A stretch of DNA of 64,000 nt from Tubulanus polymorphus (Eukaryota > Animalia > Nemertea), in contig NC_134027.1 in NCBI RefSeq assembly GCF_964204645.1, positions 19,802,560-19,866,559 of the forward strand, read 5' to 3'. Position numbers and translations under genes: made by a program. Under the pieces are notes generated by a model. It ran no database searches. It was not told where the DNA came from and saw nothing but the letters and a program-made list of their open reading frames with translations. Within the stretch, counting starts at the first letter, position 1. Each line of letters begins with the position of its first letter. Positions 23,941 to 37,700 of the stretch are shown piece after piece.

Positions 23941-25205
23941 TTTAGGCCACTTGGGACTTAAGTCCTAGCGGGCTATTGCGTTCTCTTTTCGTACGTCAAC
24001 TGTCCGTTCGTCCGTAGTCGCAATCCAGTTATTTTGGGAAGTTTTGAAGACGCTTCAATGTAATGTCTTGATATTTGGGTTACACATGTATCTACCCTAG
24101 ACACATCTTCAGCCCACAAACTGGCCCTGTCAGAATAAAGATGGCTGACTGGCAGCCATTGATGTTTGCCAAAATCAGCACTTTTTATACGTTTTTGAAC
24201 TTTTTGAGGGAAATTTTGAAGACGCTTCAATCAATTACCTTGATCTTTCGTATATATTTGAAGCCCCCTAGGGCCCATGAGCGTAACAAAAATTGGGTCG
24301 ATCGAACTCAAGATGGCCGTCCTATGACCTTTTTAGTGCCCAAAAATGTCAATTTTGGCCCAAATTCTGAGTCCTGTAGCTTTCTACTGGTCTTCCATTT
24401 CTCATTGCGATTGCTGATGGGTATTCTTTGGAAAGGGATGTTTTATAGCTGAGATAGGCATTTTTGATCAACCAATTGTGACGCAATTGGCGGCCATCTT
24501 GGTGTCACCAGTACTCATTCGTAGGTGGGAATAAGTTTTTCGACATTATATTGATACCTAAGCATATTTTGTTACCGCAATGAATTAGAAAGTTGTAGCT
24601 TATAAGGTGTCATGATTGTAGTGAGTTTCAAGGTCATTAGTTTTTGTATATGGCCACCAGGAGGCGTTGAATAATATAATACCTTAGTATTTCTATATTA
24701 TATTTGTACCAATGCATATTTTGTTACTACAATCAATTGCAAAGTTGTAGCTCATGACATCGCCTATGATTGTGGTTTGTTTTAAGGACATTAGTTATTC
24801 TATATGGTCACCAGGGGCATTGAATAGTAGAATAACTTAGTATTTCTTTATTATATTGGTGCCTAGGCATATTTTGTTGACATGATCAATTGCAAAGTTG
24901 TAGTTCATCACATGTTCTATGATTGTGGCGAGTTTCAAGGTCATTGGTTTTGTATATGGTCACCAGGGGGCGTTGAATTGTAGAATAACTTAGTATTTCC
25001 ATATTTAATTGGTAACGAGGCATATTTTGTTATAACAATCAATTACAAAATCGTAGCAAATGACGTGTTCATTGATTGTGGTGAGTTTCAAGGTCATTGG
25101 TTTTTGTATATGGTCACCAGAGGACGTTGAATATTGAAATTGTTAGATTGTTGAGCATTCAAAACCACTTCCCAAGTGGGCATGGTGTCTCTGGACCCCT
25201 AGTTT
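23941..25205 (+). mobile_element. Non-autonomous Helentron (HINE/DINE-1-like)
   Basis: Inserted in a T-run (empty site at 21485-21491); subterminal inverted repeats CCACTTGGGA (23947) / TCCCAAGTGG (25170); GTCC-type microsatellite; four ~152-bp internal tandem units (24540-25135); ends CTAGTTT. Confidence 0.75.
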
Positions 25206-25539
25206 TGTCAGAATGAAGAAAAGTTTTGGTTCAAACAAAAAGCTTATTGTTCGATCAAACAGAATAGTTTTCATTCCCACAAGATTTTCTTGTGGGAACA
25301 TTAAAGTTTTTGGTCGAACGGCGTGTTAAGGTCGTTTCGGAAATTTACTCGGTGTGGTATATTTTGGATTACTGTGTACGTCATTTGTCAGGACATTAAA
25401 CAGAAGACGACTTAGGATACTACCTAGCGTGACTCCACTAGTTAGACCGACTAATTCCCAGATGAGGCGTTCCGTTGATTTTGGCCACAAGTTTTCGTCA
25501 GAGATAACTGCTGAGCCATTTGAGCGCCCTATCATTGAT

Positions 25540-28500
25540 AATGCAAAAATGCAGTGAGGGCCAACGACGCGGTAAGAATACTCGAATATCCTGAAAACTT
25601 GAAACGTCTAATCGCTAAGTTGCTATTCCTTCGCGATAGATGGCGAACGATTGCCATGCAAAAAAGAGACACCGGACAGTCAGTTCATTTTGGAGATTTG
25701 GTCACTTTCGTAAAACGTGAGTCCAAAAAGCAAATGATCCCGTCTATGGACGCGATGCAATGAAAAGTAGCCGGAGGAAGCCGATGCTTTTCAGTCGGAT
25801 GAAGCCTAGAATGAGTAGTAATTTTGCCTACGATAAGACGCAAGATAGTATCCGAAGTTCGGGATTTGGCAGCGATTCGAAGACTTGTGCGTACTGTAGG
25901 GGTTCAGATCATGGCCTTAGTTGCTGCAAGAAGTTTAAAGAATGCTCATTTAAAGAAAAGAAGAACTTCTTACGAACTAGTTCACGCTGTTTTGGCTGCC
26001 TAGGTGAAGGTCACATCAGTCGCTTCTGTACTAAAAGATTTGTTTGTAAAAAGTGTCAGAAACTACATCCGACAATACTTCACATCGAACGATTAAATCA
26101 ACAGTCAACTTCATTGATTCCTCAACAGACTTCAGCGATACCAAAGGTTAATGCATTCTCGGAATATGATGATGGGAAGTTTAATTACAAGATGGCAGTA
26201 ATTCCCATGAAAGTTCGTAGTTATGGTTGCACTGGTCTAGTGGAAACATATGCTTTCATGGACACCGGAAGCAATGTTTCCTTTTGTTCGACTTCTCTCA
26301 TGCAGAAATTGGGTATTACTGGAAAAAAGAAAAGAATTAAGTTTGATACTATGGGAGAATCAGTTACGATGGAAACCTTTTGTCTAAAAGGAATTCAAAT
26401 TGGTGATTTCAACGAAAAAGCCTTCATTGATTTACCAACTACTTATACGAAATCGACTATTCCAGTATCGAGGTTGCATATACCGTTACCCGAGGACCTA
26501 CAAAAATGGCCTCATTTAACAGGCATTGATCTCCCAGTCATTGATTCCGACATTGAGCTACTAATTGGAGGCAATGTAGCAGAGGCGTATTATCCGTTAG
26601 AATGTTTGGCAGGGCCGCACGGTAGTCCTCGCGTCACAAGAACGATACTTGGATGGATTCCGTGGGGTGTACGTCAAGATGACTCGCAACAAGTTGACGT
26701 ATCATACGTTACTGATGCCCGTATAATTTCCGACTATAAGGAGTTACAGAACCTGGATCGGATGGTTAGACAGGCAATGAATTTTGATTTTCCGGAGCGA
26801 GCCTTGGATGAGAAAGCAGAAAATTCGCAGAATGATATGGCATTCCTTAAAAAGGTTAATCCTTCTATTCAACTTAAAGAAGGCCATTACGTTATTGAAT
26901 TGCCTTTTAGAGATGATGATATCAAATTACCAGCCAACAAGGATCTCGCTTTGAAAAGATTAAAAAGCTTAGAACAAAAACTAGGAGGTCAACCGCAGTT
27001 TAAAGCTGACTACGATAATTTCATGGCAACGATCTTAAAGAGAGGTTACGCGGAGTTAGTTCCTGAGAACTGGAGCCGTGATGATGGACGGGTATGGTAC
27101 ATACCACATCATGGCGTCTACCATGCACGGAAGAAAAAAATAAGAGTAGTTTTTGACTGCACGGCACGTTTTAATGGAGTTTCATTGAATGAGGTATTAC
27201 TCCCAGGTCCCGATTTGACCAGCAATCTACTGGGCGTACTGCTTCGATTCAGAATGGAAAATGTAGCTATCATGGGCGACGTAGAGAAGATGTTCTATCA
27301 GGTCCAGGTACCTGAAAAGGATCGTGATTGTTTAAGATTTTATTGGTGGCCTGATGGCAATTTAGACTCCAAACCTCAGATTTTTCGTATGACCGTGCAC
27401 CTGTTTGGTGCGTATGACCGTGCACCTGTTTGGTTGCATCGCCTAGTTGTTCCAACATAGCTCTTCGTCAGACGGCCTTGGATTTTGCTGATGAGTGTGA
27501 GAGTGATGTTCTGGATGCAGTCACACGATGTTTCTACGTGGATGATTGTTTGCGGAGTGAAGAATCTGTGTCAGATGGGATAAGGTTAATACGAGGCATT
27601 GCATCTATCTGCGCGAAAGGAGGGTTTAGAGTGACTGGATGGTGCAGTAATGATCCAGAAGTCGTGGAAGCTGTACCTACGTCGGAACGAGCTGAGACCG
27701 ATCAAGCGCGTCAGAGAGCTTTGGGCGTGACTTGGATATTGGATTCTGATATATTCGGTTTCACGGTTTCTATCAAAGACAAATCTCCCTCTTGACGTGG
27801 AACACTTTCCGTAGTGAGTTCGGTGTTCGATCCTTTAGGACTCATATCACCGCATATTCTCCCTGGAAAAGAGCTGTTACAGGAGATATGTAAGAGAGGT
27901 CTAGATTGTCGGTACCTCGTTTTATCAAACCATCTGATTTTGGGAGCGTTATCTCAAAGCAAATCCACTATTTCTCTGATGCGAGTGAGATCGGATATGG
28001 AACTGCGATATATTTGAGAGTGGTGAATGAAAGCGGCGATATCCATTGTCAATTGCTTATGGGAAAATCTATTGTCGCACCGCTTAAAAACGTAACTATT
28101 CCACGTTTGGAACTCAATTTAGCTGCTATGAGTGTCAAGATGCATGTCGTACTCCAGAGGGAACTGGATCTGAAGTTCATTGAAAGCTTCTTTTGGAGTG
28201 ATAGTGCGTCGGTATTAAAATATATTAGAAACGAAAGCAGTCGATTCAAAACGTTTGTCGCCAAGCAAATATCACTTATCCGAGAGGTGACATCTCCTGA
28301 ACAATGGGGATTTGTTAATTCGTGTATGAACCCTGCGGATAAAGCATCTAGAGGAATGAAATTAGAAGATCCTAATCCTGAATTGTGGTTTCAGGGCCCT
28401 CATTTCCTGCATAAACCGGAGTCAGAGTGGCCAGTGGACCTAAGTTCGCAAACAAATATAAATGGCGATGATAGTGAATTAAAGAAGGTGACGTGTGCTG

Positions 28501-29521
28501 CTTTCGCTGATGACACGCCAGAAAATGCTCTTGGAAAACTTATGAGCTATTGTTCAGAATGGGAAAAATAAAGACGTTTTGTCGCTCATTTCATTCGAGT
28601 GAAGGATTTCCTTCGCTGGAAAGCCACTGAACGAAAACGGATCGATATTGGTCTTTCTATCGATACACCAGTAGAAACTGAACGTCGTTCTGAAGTAGAA
28701 AAAGATCCTGAAATGTTCTCAAGAAGGGAAAAACTTCGTAACCTTGAATTTAGAATCTCTGAAAAAGCTGAGTGTATACTACTTCAAGGCGAGCAACAGC
28801 ACTTCTTGAGCGAAGAGTTCAATCGTCTGGCTAGCGGCAAAACCGTTAAAAGATCGAGCCAACTCTATAAGTTGGGTCCGTTCGTTGAAAATGGTCTGAT
28901 ACGGGTTGGAGGCAGATTGGAAAATGCACAAATGCCTTATGACGCGAAACATCCTATTGTAGTTCCTAAATTGTCGACTCTGGTAGAGAAATTAATTCGA
29001 CACACTCATGTGCATGCTGTCGGACATCTGGGAAAGAATGCAGTCCTATCGCATTTACGGCAGAACTATTGGGTCATAAGAGCCAACCGTATTCTAAGAA
29101 AACTAATGTCACCGTGCGTTAATTGTATCAAATATAAAGGAAGATGTAATGAGCAAAAAATGGCAAACCTACTACCTGAAAGATTAGCTGTAGACCCACC
29201 CTTCACGCATACAGGTGTGGATTACTTTGGACCGTTTGAAGTAAAAAGGGGTCGCACAAAAGTAAAACGATATGGAGTACTTTTAACTTGCTTATCTTCC
29301 AGAGCTATACATTTGGAAGTTGCTGAATCATATGGATTCCTGTATCAACTGTATTCGTAGATTTAGAGCACGACGTGGTAGCGTACAGTCTTTGCACTCG
29401 GATAACGGTACCAATCTTGTGAGTTCGGATAAAGAGCTTCGTATAGAAATAGACAGATGGAATCAGTCAGTATCAAAAGAAAAATTAGCCCAAATTAACA
29501 TAGGGTGGCACTTCAATCCAC
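25540..29521 (+). mobile_element. BEL/Pao LTR retrotransposon internal region, decayed and truncated at both ends
   Basis: Three Gag knuckles (CAYC, CFGC..H..C, CKKC..HPTILH); protease FMDTGS; RT WYIPHH, RVVFD, YVDD; RNase H FSDAS; integrase DYFGPF, SDNGTN. No LTRs seen. Confidence 0.93.
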
Positions 29522-29675
29522 CGGTGTTGTCATATCGCGGAAAGACGGAATCGCGGAATTTTCCAAAAACGCGGAATTTCTTCATTTTTACTTTAAATAG
29601 TAAACGGGTTTTCCCACGGGGAATCCGAAACAGATTCAATTTCGTAAAAGCGCCTCATATTTTTAAAGTGAAAAA

Positions 29676-30405
29676 TTATTCTTTACATCTTATAACTAAT
29701 TTAATAAATAACAGGAAAATTATCTAAATCAATTAAATATCCAATATGATTTTTTATTTCTAACTTCAAATTATTAAATTGTGGAATACAAGGTTTAAAA
29801 TCACATTCAGTTCAGTTATAATTTATTTGTGCTCCAAATTGTTTAACATTTTCTACTTGTAAAATATGCAATATACTAGAATTACAAGCTGTATCATTAT
29901 CGGCCATAAAAGTTTTTGTAGGATCAATTGAATTGCAATAAATATAAAAGTGTGTAAAGGCATTCTATTTGCTATACTATCAACACTTGAATAAAGTTTA
30001 TCTGGGCTAATTCCTAACAGTTTAGCTATAGGTTTTTAACTAAAAATTGATGCTGTTCGTCATTAGCTAACCTTATCATTATTTTATTTTCACTTTTATT
30101 AAATCTAATTTTAAATTTGACAGATTCTCCTATTTTAACCGAGCTTTTCTATTAATTTCTTGCGCTAATGCTTCTAAATTATAGAATCCCGGATTTAAAA
30201 ATAGATGAAACCATTTATCTATATTTCTAATGATAATTGCAAAGCCTCTATGATCAATAGTTTTATCTGATATATTATAAAAAGAATTACATAAACTTAC
30301 ATTTACTAATTTTCAATCAACAAAATTTTTAAATTCTCTATCTAATTGTACTAGTTAATTATGAGATTTATGATTTGTAAGTTTTCTAGAATCAACAAAT
30401 ATTCT
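29676..30405 (-). pseudogene. Orphan Polinton minor-capsid gene copy
   Basis: Colinear with 14795-15535 but diverged; no other Polinton genes adjacent. Confidence 0.85.
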
Positions 30406-30421
30406 AACACCGTTTCTCTGG

Positions 30422-30458
30422 GTATAACCAGGGAAATGTGATACTTCCCTGGTATAAC
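30422..30458. mobile_element. P-element-like excision footprint
   Basis: GTATAAC-CAGGGAAATGTGATACTTCCCTG-GTATAAC: 7-bp duplication around fused TIR tips; same TIR as at 63630. Confidence 0.6.
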
Positions 30459-31672
30459 TGATTCTATCTTCTTAAATTCCTCAAGATTTGGCTTCTGGTG
30501 AAAGACAAGAATCCCCATCCCCTGCCTTGCCCTTTTCGCAGCGGTCGTGCTTTTTCATGGCTTGTGCGAACGGTAGCTTCCGTTTGGTGCGGCTCCCTGG
30601 CGTACGTTATATATTACCGTAGATACATTTTGGGTATCGCTCTTTTATACGGCTTGCATCTTCGTATATTCGAATCGTGTGTCTTTGATGTTTGTTTTGT
30701 TCTGGGATGTATTTAGATTTTCCTTACGTTTGTTGTTTAGATCTGATGTAATACACCCTTTGTGGTTTGAACATGGGTTTTGGGATGTTTGTTTTTGGGG
30801 TTTTATTGTCTTTTTGGGGTGTCTGGTGTCATCGCTTTGGCAATCCTGGTTTTTTCCCCTTATCTATACGCAGTTGTATGTCCGCACATCAGGGAGAATA
30901 GTATACTATACTCACTACGTGGCGCTAATGACAAACGGAAGACATCAGTTTGGCTTTGGTAAGGTTGGTAACGCCAGCTGTGCTGTTGAATGTAGTTTTA
31001 TAGTCCTAGTGGGTCAACTTAAAAAAGCGTCATTGGAGATTCTTGGACCTTTGGTGCGAGCATGCTGCTGACCCGTTTTTCCCATATCTATATATTTCTG
31101 TAGCTTATCCGCACAACAGATAGTGAGAATATCAAACTATGTCCTGCAATAAGAATATCACGATGTCTAGTCATAAGGTCGACTAGAACATCCCTCTCTA
31201 CGGTCGAAACATCCAGTGATCGTTTTGTGGCAGCTACCATTTCTTTTGACGAGCCTCAACTGGTTAAAACTGTTAATGAACGTTTATAATCTACCCAACA
31301 ATCGAAGTCAGTCACTAATAACATAAACACGAATAATGGGCGTGAATCGAAAATCTCTTCGAAAACTAAATAGGCATAATGCTTAAAAACAGGACAGGAT
31401 TGTATGGCATGAAAGTAACAAGCATCTTAAAGTCATTATTGTGGACTTTCCCCTTTGCGCAATCCATTTTTGCTATCGCATATAACACTTTTTAATCCTT
31501 TGGTACAAAATTACTTGCCAAAGAGGTTAAATTTTTCTTCGCAACTTTCAAGATATTCAATAAATATTCAATTCTCGTAACCCTATTGAATTTCGTCAGG
31601 AAGCGGTGCTTATTTGTTGATTAAGTTATTTGTTAATGGCACTATATTTCTTTTCGTAAGAGCACACGCACG

Positions 31673-31775
<103 letters not shown>

Positions 31776-31954
31776 TCGATATTTTACACTGTACACCGTG
31801 TGGTGTTTCGAATAGATACGAAAAGCGTGCCTCGTGTGTTGTAGTCCAGCATAGCGTGGATTAGTACATAACGGCTACGCACATTGAGTTTCCCTACGGA
31901 CATACCGACAAACCGACATCATAGTCCCTTGATTCAGCTTTTGTGTAATACACG

Positions 31955-32214
31955 CAAAAACCCAGCCCCTCGAACCCAGCCACTTTGAATGAGGGTAGTC
32001 TACGCAAACACAAGCACAAATACCCAGCCCCTCGATCCCAGCCACTTTAAATGAGGGTAGTCTACGCAAACACAAGCACAAATACCCAGCCCCTCGATCC
32101 CATCAACATTATACAAGGGTAATCCGCGCAAACACTCGGCCCATCGATCCCAGCCACTTTAAGACACATGTAAGGGTAGTCTACGCAAATACCCGGCCCC
32201 TTGATCCCAGCCAC
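31955..32214. repeat. Minisatellite, ~60-bp unit
   Basis: Repeated CCCAGCCCCTCGATCCCAGCCACTTT..AGGGTAGTCTACGCAAA. Confidence 0.85.
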
Positions 32215-32639
32215 CGGCCACGAGTTTTTCGGTATGTTGGTATGTATGTACCCCTGTACGTCGTAATTAAGGGGTTAGATTCAACAAGTCCAATATTGGC
32301 GGATTGAGTTCAAATACCAGTCCGGTGTGATTAGCGATTAGTGATTAACTATCTAATGCTATAATTGACTTAAGCCATGTGTGGCTTAGTTAAAGTTTTC
32401 TAGGAAACTGCAAATGATTCTCAACCTGCGCCCGCCGTGCATATTCTAAATCATTGAAATAAAGAGTAGTCCTATGATTAAATCTTTATGAATAATGAAT
32501 GCTTAAACTCTAGCAGTTTCGAGTATACATAACTGACGTTTGATTTTAATAATGGATTAAACATGCACACCATGTAAATTTAGGAAAGTCCATTTTTAGA
32601 ATTTCAGTTTTTGTTCTTTTGTGGCTTTTATATTATCAA

Positions 32640-32748
32640 GGCCCAGGTTCACAACAAGGTTTAACTCGTAAATCGATTTAATTTCTTCATGAATTCAGTT
32701 TATCTTAGATCGATTTAGGTCTTAATCCTTTTTGTGAAACTGAGCCCA
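32640..32748. mobile_element. Small MITE-like inverted-repeat element
   Basis: GGCCCAGGTTCACAA ... TTGTGAAACTGAGCCC imperfect TIRs ~110 bp apart. Confidence 0.4.
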
Positions 32749-33584
32749 GGGCAACGATTGCTCAATACTGAAGAACTTGAGTGAAATGTAAATAGTTTAT
32801 ATAGGCAAAAACTATCAGTGGGTTGCGTTTCCTATGGTTTGTCGAATGGTATCAAACCATTAATTTAAAGGAGGGTGATGTGTTCTTAAGCAATATTGTA
32901 GGCGCATTATGCTAGTGCACAACCTAGAATCCTTTGTACTATTGTTCGCTTTCCTCTCTCGCAGTTGAAAAAGCTATTGTGTTGTAAATCGGGAGCACTA
33001 AAGCAAAGACTATACTCCAAACCAATGAACTGAGGCCCTCTTCGGGTTTTCGGTGTAGACTTTGTGACATCCACATATAAAACACTAAACCTAAGACTCA
33101 TTAACATAAGACATCATATATCTTCACGCAGCTAAATGATATGAACTTTACCAATATGCTTAGAAACATTTTACTTATAGAACTAAGAAATTTTGCTAGC
33201 ATGTCTCAATCGTGAATTGAATCGTCCGGCAGAATGGTTTTCGTTTTTCCGTAGTTAGTCAACTTGTAGTCGGAACTGATAATCCAACCCATAGTTTACT
33301 TTTTAGATTAAACGGTCAAATTTCCTGAAATTCGGTATGAGTAAAAAAATATCCGTAGATACATGAAGTCGATGTGATGCAAAATCGTTGCCAGGCTTAT
33401 GTTGGTGTAAGCTTCAGTCAGAGGCGCCATACCCTAATAACAATGCCAAAAAAAAATAAATCGTTACCTCGAAGCCTTGTCCGAAATCTAAATTCATGCC
33501 AGCTGTACATGGAAATATATACTTTCGTTTATGGTATTAACAGATACGTTGTATCATGCACAAAAGCATTGGTGCGGATATGAA

Positions 33585-33830
33585 ATCCCTTCACTGGTCG
33601 TACAACAGTGAACTGAGTTTGAATCAAGTATCATTCTTGTGTTCAAGTGTCTAAACAACCTCGCTCCCCGTTATTTACAGGATTCGATAGTTCCGTGTTT
33701 ACCAACACGCCCACTCAGTTCCAGAGTTGGCAATCGAAACATTTGGCGGACGTCCCTTCCAATAAGAGCTGCTTTAGAAAATCGATAATTTTGATGATCC
33801 AAACACATTTAAACACAGTTTGAAACATCT
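33585..33830 (+). mobile_element. Decayed 3' fragment of a CR1/L2-like LINE
   Basis: Remnants SLHW..VFKCLNNLAPRYLQD, matching the ORF2 tail at ~41375-41440. Confidence 0.55.
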
Positions 33831-34759
33831 GCTTAGCTGTAAAGCGTTTAAAATTTTGATGCAATTTCAGCAACATTCTTACAGCGCTGGTGAATATTTT
33901 GTCAATGAAACAGGCCCCACATCAATTTTAATAATTTTCAGATCATCATTTCTATCATGATAATTAGAATTATTAGAATGAAATGTATTGACTTATTTTA
34001 TGCGTTTAAAATTGCGAATAAAGTTATTTTCAGGATCACTCAGTACATTGAGGTAGCGCCACCAGTCATCATATCAGGTTCGAATCGATATCGATTTTCT
34101 GATTCCCTTCATTTCGAATGTGAAGGTTGCAAGTGTATGCAGGAACCTGTCATTGCAGCTTTGATTTATTCGATTTTATAAAGATTCATACGAGTTTTAT
34201 CTATCAAAATGATTCAATGGGGTACCCGCAGTGCTACCTGGCAATCGATGATTCGGCGTATGGCAGGCGAAGATCTGCCAGGTTTACAAGTAGATCGTTG
34301 GTCGTCCGCGTTCGATTTCTGCTACATTTCAATTAAATCTAAGTTGAACTTTTTTCTTAAATGAATCAATTATTTAATTTTACCGATTTCTGAATAAGAG
34401 AATAAAAGCACTATAGGCCTATATTTGGGGGGGGGGGGTGTTGTTGTGATCATGTATGGATTGAGGGGTCAATTCAGTTCAAAATATTCAGTTCAAAGCT
34501 CATTGAAAATGAACTAATTTTGACGGATGACCTATTGCTCGTCGCGCCATCTCTGGCGGGATAGCTGGTTTTGCGGGTACCTCATTAGATTTTGTATTTT
34601 CAAAACGATTTTTCTGTTCTTTCGATTCATTGAAAAAAAGCGTTTTCGTGGTTGAGTTCACAGAAAAGATTGTTTTATTGAATATATACATGTTCTGATT
34701 CCAAACGGATGCTCCGTGATACTTTTGAAAAATCGAGCTCGTTTACTAACGATTTGAAC

Positions 34760-37700
34760 TTATTGCGATTTGTCAGATTCGCCAACTATTCCTTCGGGTG
34801 GAGATTTGACGTCGCATTTCCAATGGAAGAGTGTTGCCATATCCATCAAATTTTCATCAGGACCCTCGGTGCATTTACAATCCCTGCCGTCTTTAAGAGT
34901 CACGCCGTGTCCTTCACTATAAAACGTGCCTTTCCCGTGTTTACAACCTATACAGATGAAAACATATAATGGGATAGTATCGGTAGGCTATTATTGGGTA
35001 TGACTTCCTTTTAATTCCCATGGTAAAATGGTTCGTATATTTGTATCCATTACAAATCAGATGTAGTTAGACATTTGGGTAGGAATGTGACATAACTGTC
35101 GATGTATCAGGTTCGAATACCTGTACAGGAAGCACATGATAGCATTCCACTGAGGTGACCACAACCATGCCTCAAGGTTTTCATCGTCACGCCCCAAATG
35201 ACCACGCCACATATTGGGAACAACGAATAAATTTCCGTGTCCCGGACGTTAATTCCTTTAATTTCCATCAGTTTTAAGGACATCGTTTAAACGAAATATC
35301 GGACAGAACGAAGTATTGTGTCCCAAGAGCAATTTTCATCGGTTACAACGTCAACGATCAATTGAACCCATGTGTTTAATAGTACCATTCATTGTTTTTC
35401 GTACTGAACGTCCCGTAGTTACTGACAACGTAATAATAATACATACACATCCGTTTATATTTTTCCGCAACGGCGCATCACAAACGCATGCAGATTTATT
35501 TGGCTTTAAGTGAAAATACTTCAATATGTTACCACAGGAACGCAAAAGGCGGATGTTTGCAGGATTTTTCAAATTTAAAGGTTCGGAACGGCTTATCGTA
35601 CAAATCATCTCAAGCGATTTATTGGTCTTAATTAGTTTCTTTATTTGGTTTATTTAGCGTATGGTCATAGCGCGTTCGGTGATAGCTACGTAGCCCGAGA
35701 TCTTTTGAATGATCCGGCATAAAAGTCACGGTGCCTCAGAACTTTCCTTGGGTTTATAAGTTATGAAACGCTCGTTTTGACTATATAAGCATTTCAGTTG
35801 AGAAGCTACAATTTATTTTTTCTTCAACCTTTACAACGAAGCATCGGATACAACGAATTTGTTTTTATTTTGCCCCGAAAACTTCCTTGTAACAAGGTTT
35901 GACTGTAGAAAGGAAAATTGGTAGTGGTAGAATTCGCCTGATTTAACTACTGGAAGCCTCTGTAACCCAGTCAGCCGTAGTGATGAAATAGCAAAACTTT
36001 TGGTTTTCTCGGGCGAGAAAACCAAAATGTTTTGTTTCTCGCGCAAGAAAACGGGCCAATGTGAAAACCAAAGAGACGGGCAAATGTGAACATTTCTTTA
36101 TTGTTGCTCTTGCCGTACAGAAAATTTTTTAGTATGGCCCGAATCAGCCACCATAGGGACGGACCCCTGAACACTGGAGTCGTGTTACTAGCGTTCGTGT
36201 GCTGTCTGTCATTCGATTTCAATGATATCAGAAGAAAAGGCGACTTACCATTGAGTCGGCACAGACTTTGTGCTGGTATAGGCGGCGCATTCAGTGGTTT
36301 AGGTATCGAGAAGAAATATATCTCACTAACGTAAGCGCAACGACACAATCGATTTCCTTCGTGCCATATTTCTTTATATGCCCTTGGATCACCGTCAGAA
36401 TCCAAACATTCTGAAATGATATTTATTTTCTGAATAAGTTACAATAAATACGGTAGAAAATAGAGGACTCGTGTATCGATTGTGATGCTGATTTGAGAGA
36501 TCAGAGATCCAGAGCTACTTTCCTACTTTGAAACGCTCTATGGTATAATGATGTATATTTCAAGCAACGTTCGAGCTAAGTACTTAATAGCCATCATCAG
36601 GCATACTAAGAACAGAATGAAATTAACAGACTATTTATTTATGAATCAGTCAAAAGGACAAAGTGAGTGATTAAATGTTGTAATATGATACAAGTTGAAT
36701 TAATCTAAAAACAAAACCCGAACCTAGAGTGATTAAAAAACAGAGACAAACTAGATGGTAATCAGACAAAAACAAAAGGCAATTAAGAACATGAAAGGCA
36801 TAATCGGTGAGTGAGAGGAAGCAGCATGCAATAAAGGCAAGCTAAATGGAATTAATTTAATGAAGATACAAGTGAAGCGAACGTCGGTTTTTGTGTTCAC
36901 GGATGTGCTTGTTTAAATCATGTCTAGTATCACTAATACATATTTTATTACAGACTTTACAGGGGATTTTATAAACAACATCATATGTTCCGATTTGGAG
37001 GAATTGTGAGTTCGGTTATGACTAAGTATATTATTGTAAGTGAACACGGGTTGTTTGTTGAGTAGATGAAGGGTTTTTAATTTTTTCCAAAAGAGGGACA
37101 AAAGGAAAAGGTTCTAGTCAATATTCAGTCTCGTCTTACAAGTCTTCTGGACTAAGAATTTGTCGGTACAAAAACGATGAATCCTTGAATTCGTCATTAT
37201 TAAAGATTCCACATCTTTGCAGCGTGGGCCTTGTGGTATCGGTATGTTATACCATTTTCTGATTACCTGAAGTATTTTTTTCACGAAAAAACTGGAGGAC
37301 GAAGGGAAAAAATGAAGATATATTTTTTTGTAAAAGGAGTTCTAAAATGATGAAAGAATGATGAAGAGATGAATCCTCTGACAGCGATAGCATCTACCAA
37401 ATTTCAAGACTATGTCGATATTTTCCTTAAAAAAAAACCTTTTCTATCTACAAATGAGGAGGTGATCACATGCCTGTCGATTGACTGGTCAAATAATCTG
37501 TTTGATATGTTTGAGAGCCCACCGCAACGTATAACCATCGCGCATTTCAATGAAAAATAGCAAACCATGACGAAGCCATGTCTCCGGTCGACCCAATATG
37601 TCTTTTGCTGCTGATGGGCCCTGGGGGAAGAAATACATATGAAAATCGTTATCAAAACCCAATACGGTCGAATGGCTAGGCATCGATGCTGAATGGAGGT

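Noticed and set aside
27388-27437. 25-bp tandem duplication in the BEL reverse transcriptase
   Set aside because: Ordinary inactivating slippage mutation.
30498-31071. Hydrophobic ORFs 30498-31071
   Set aside because: Overlapping T-rich frames with no recognisable motifs; probably non-coding.
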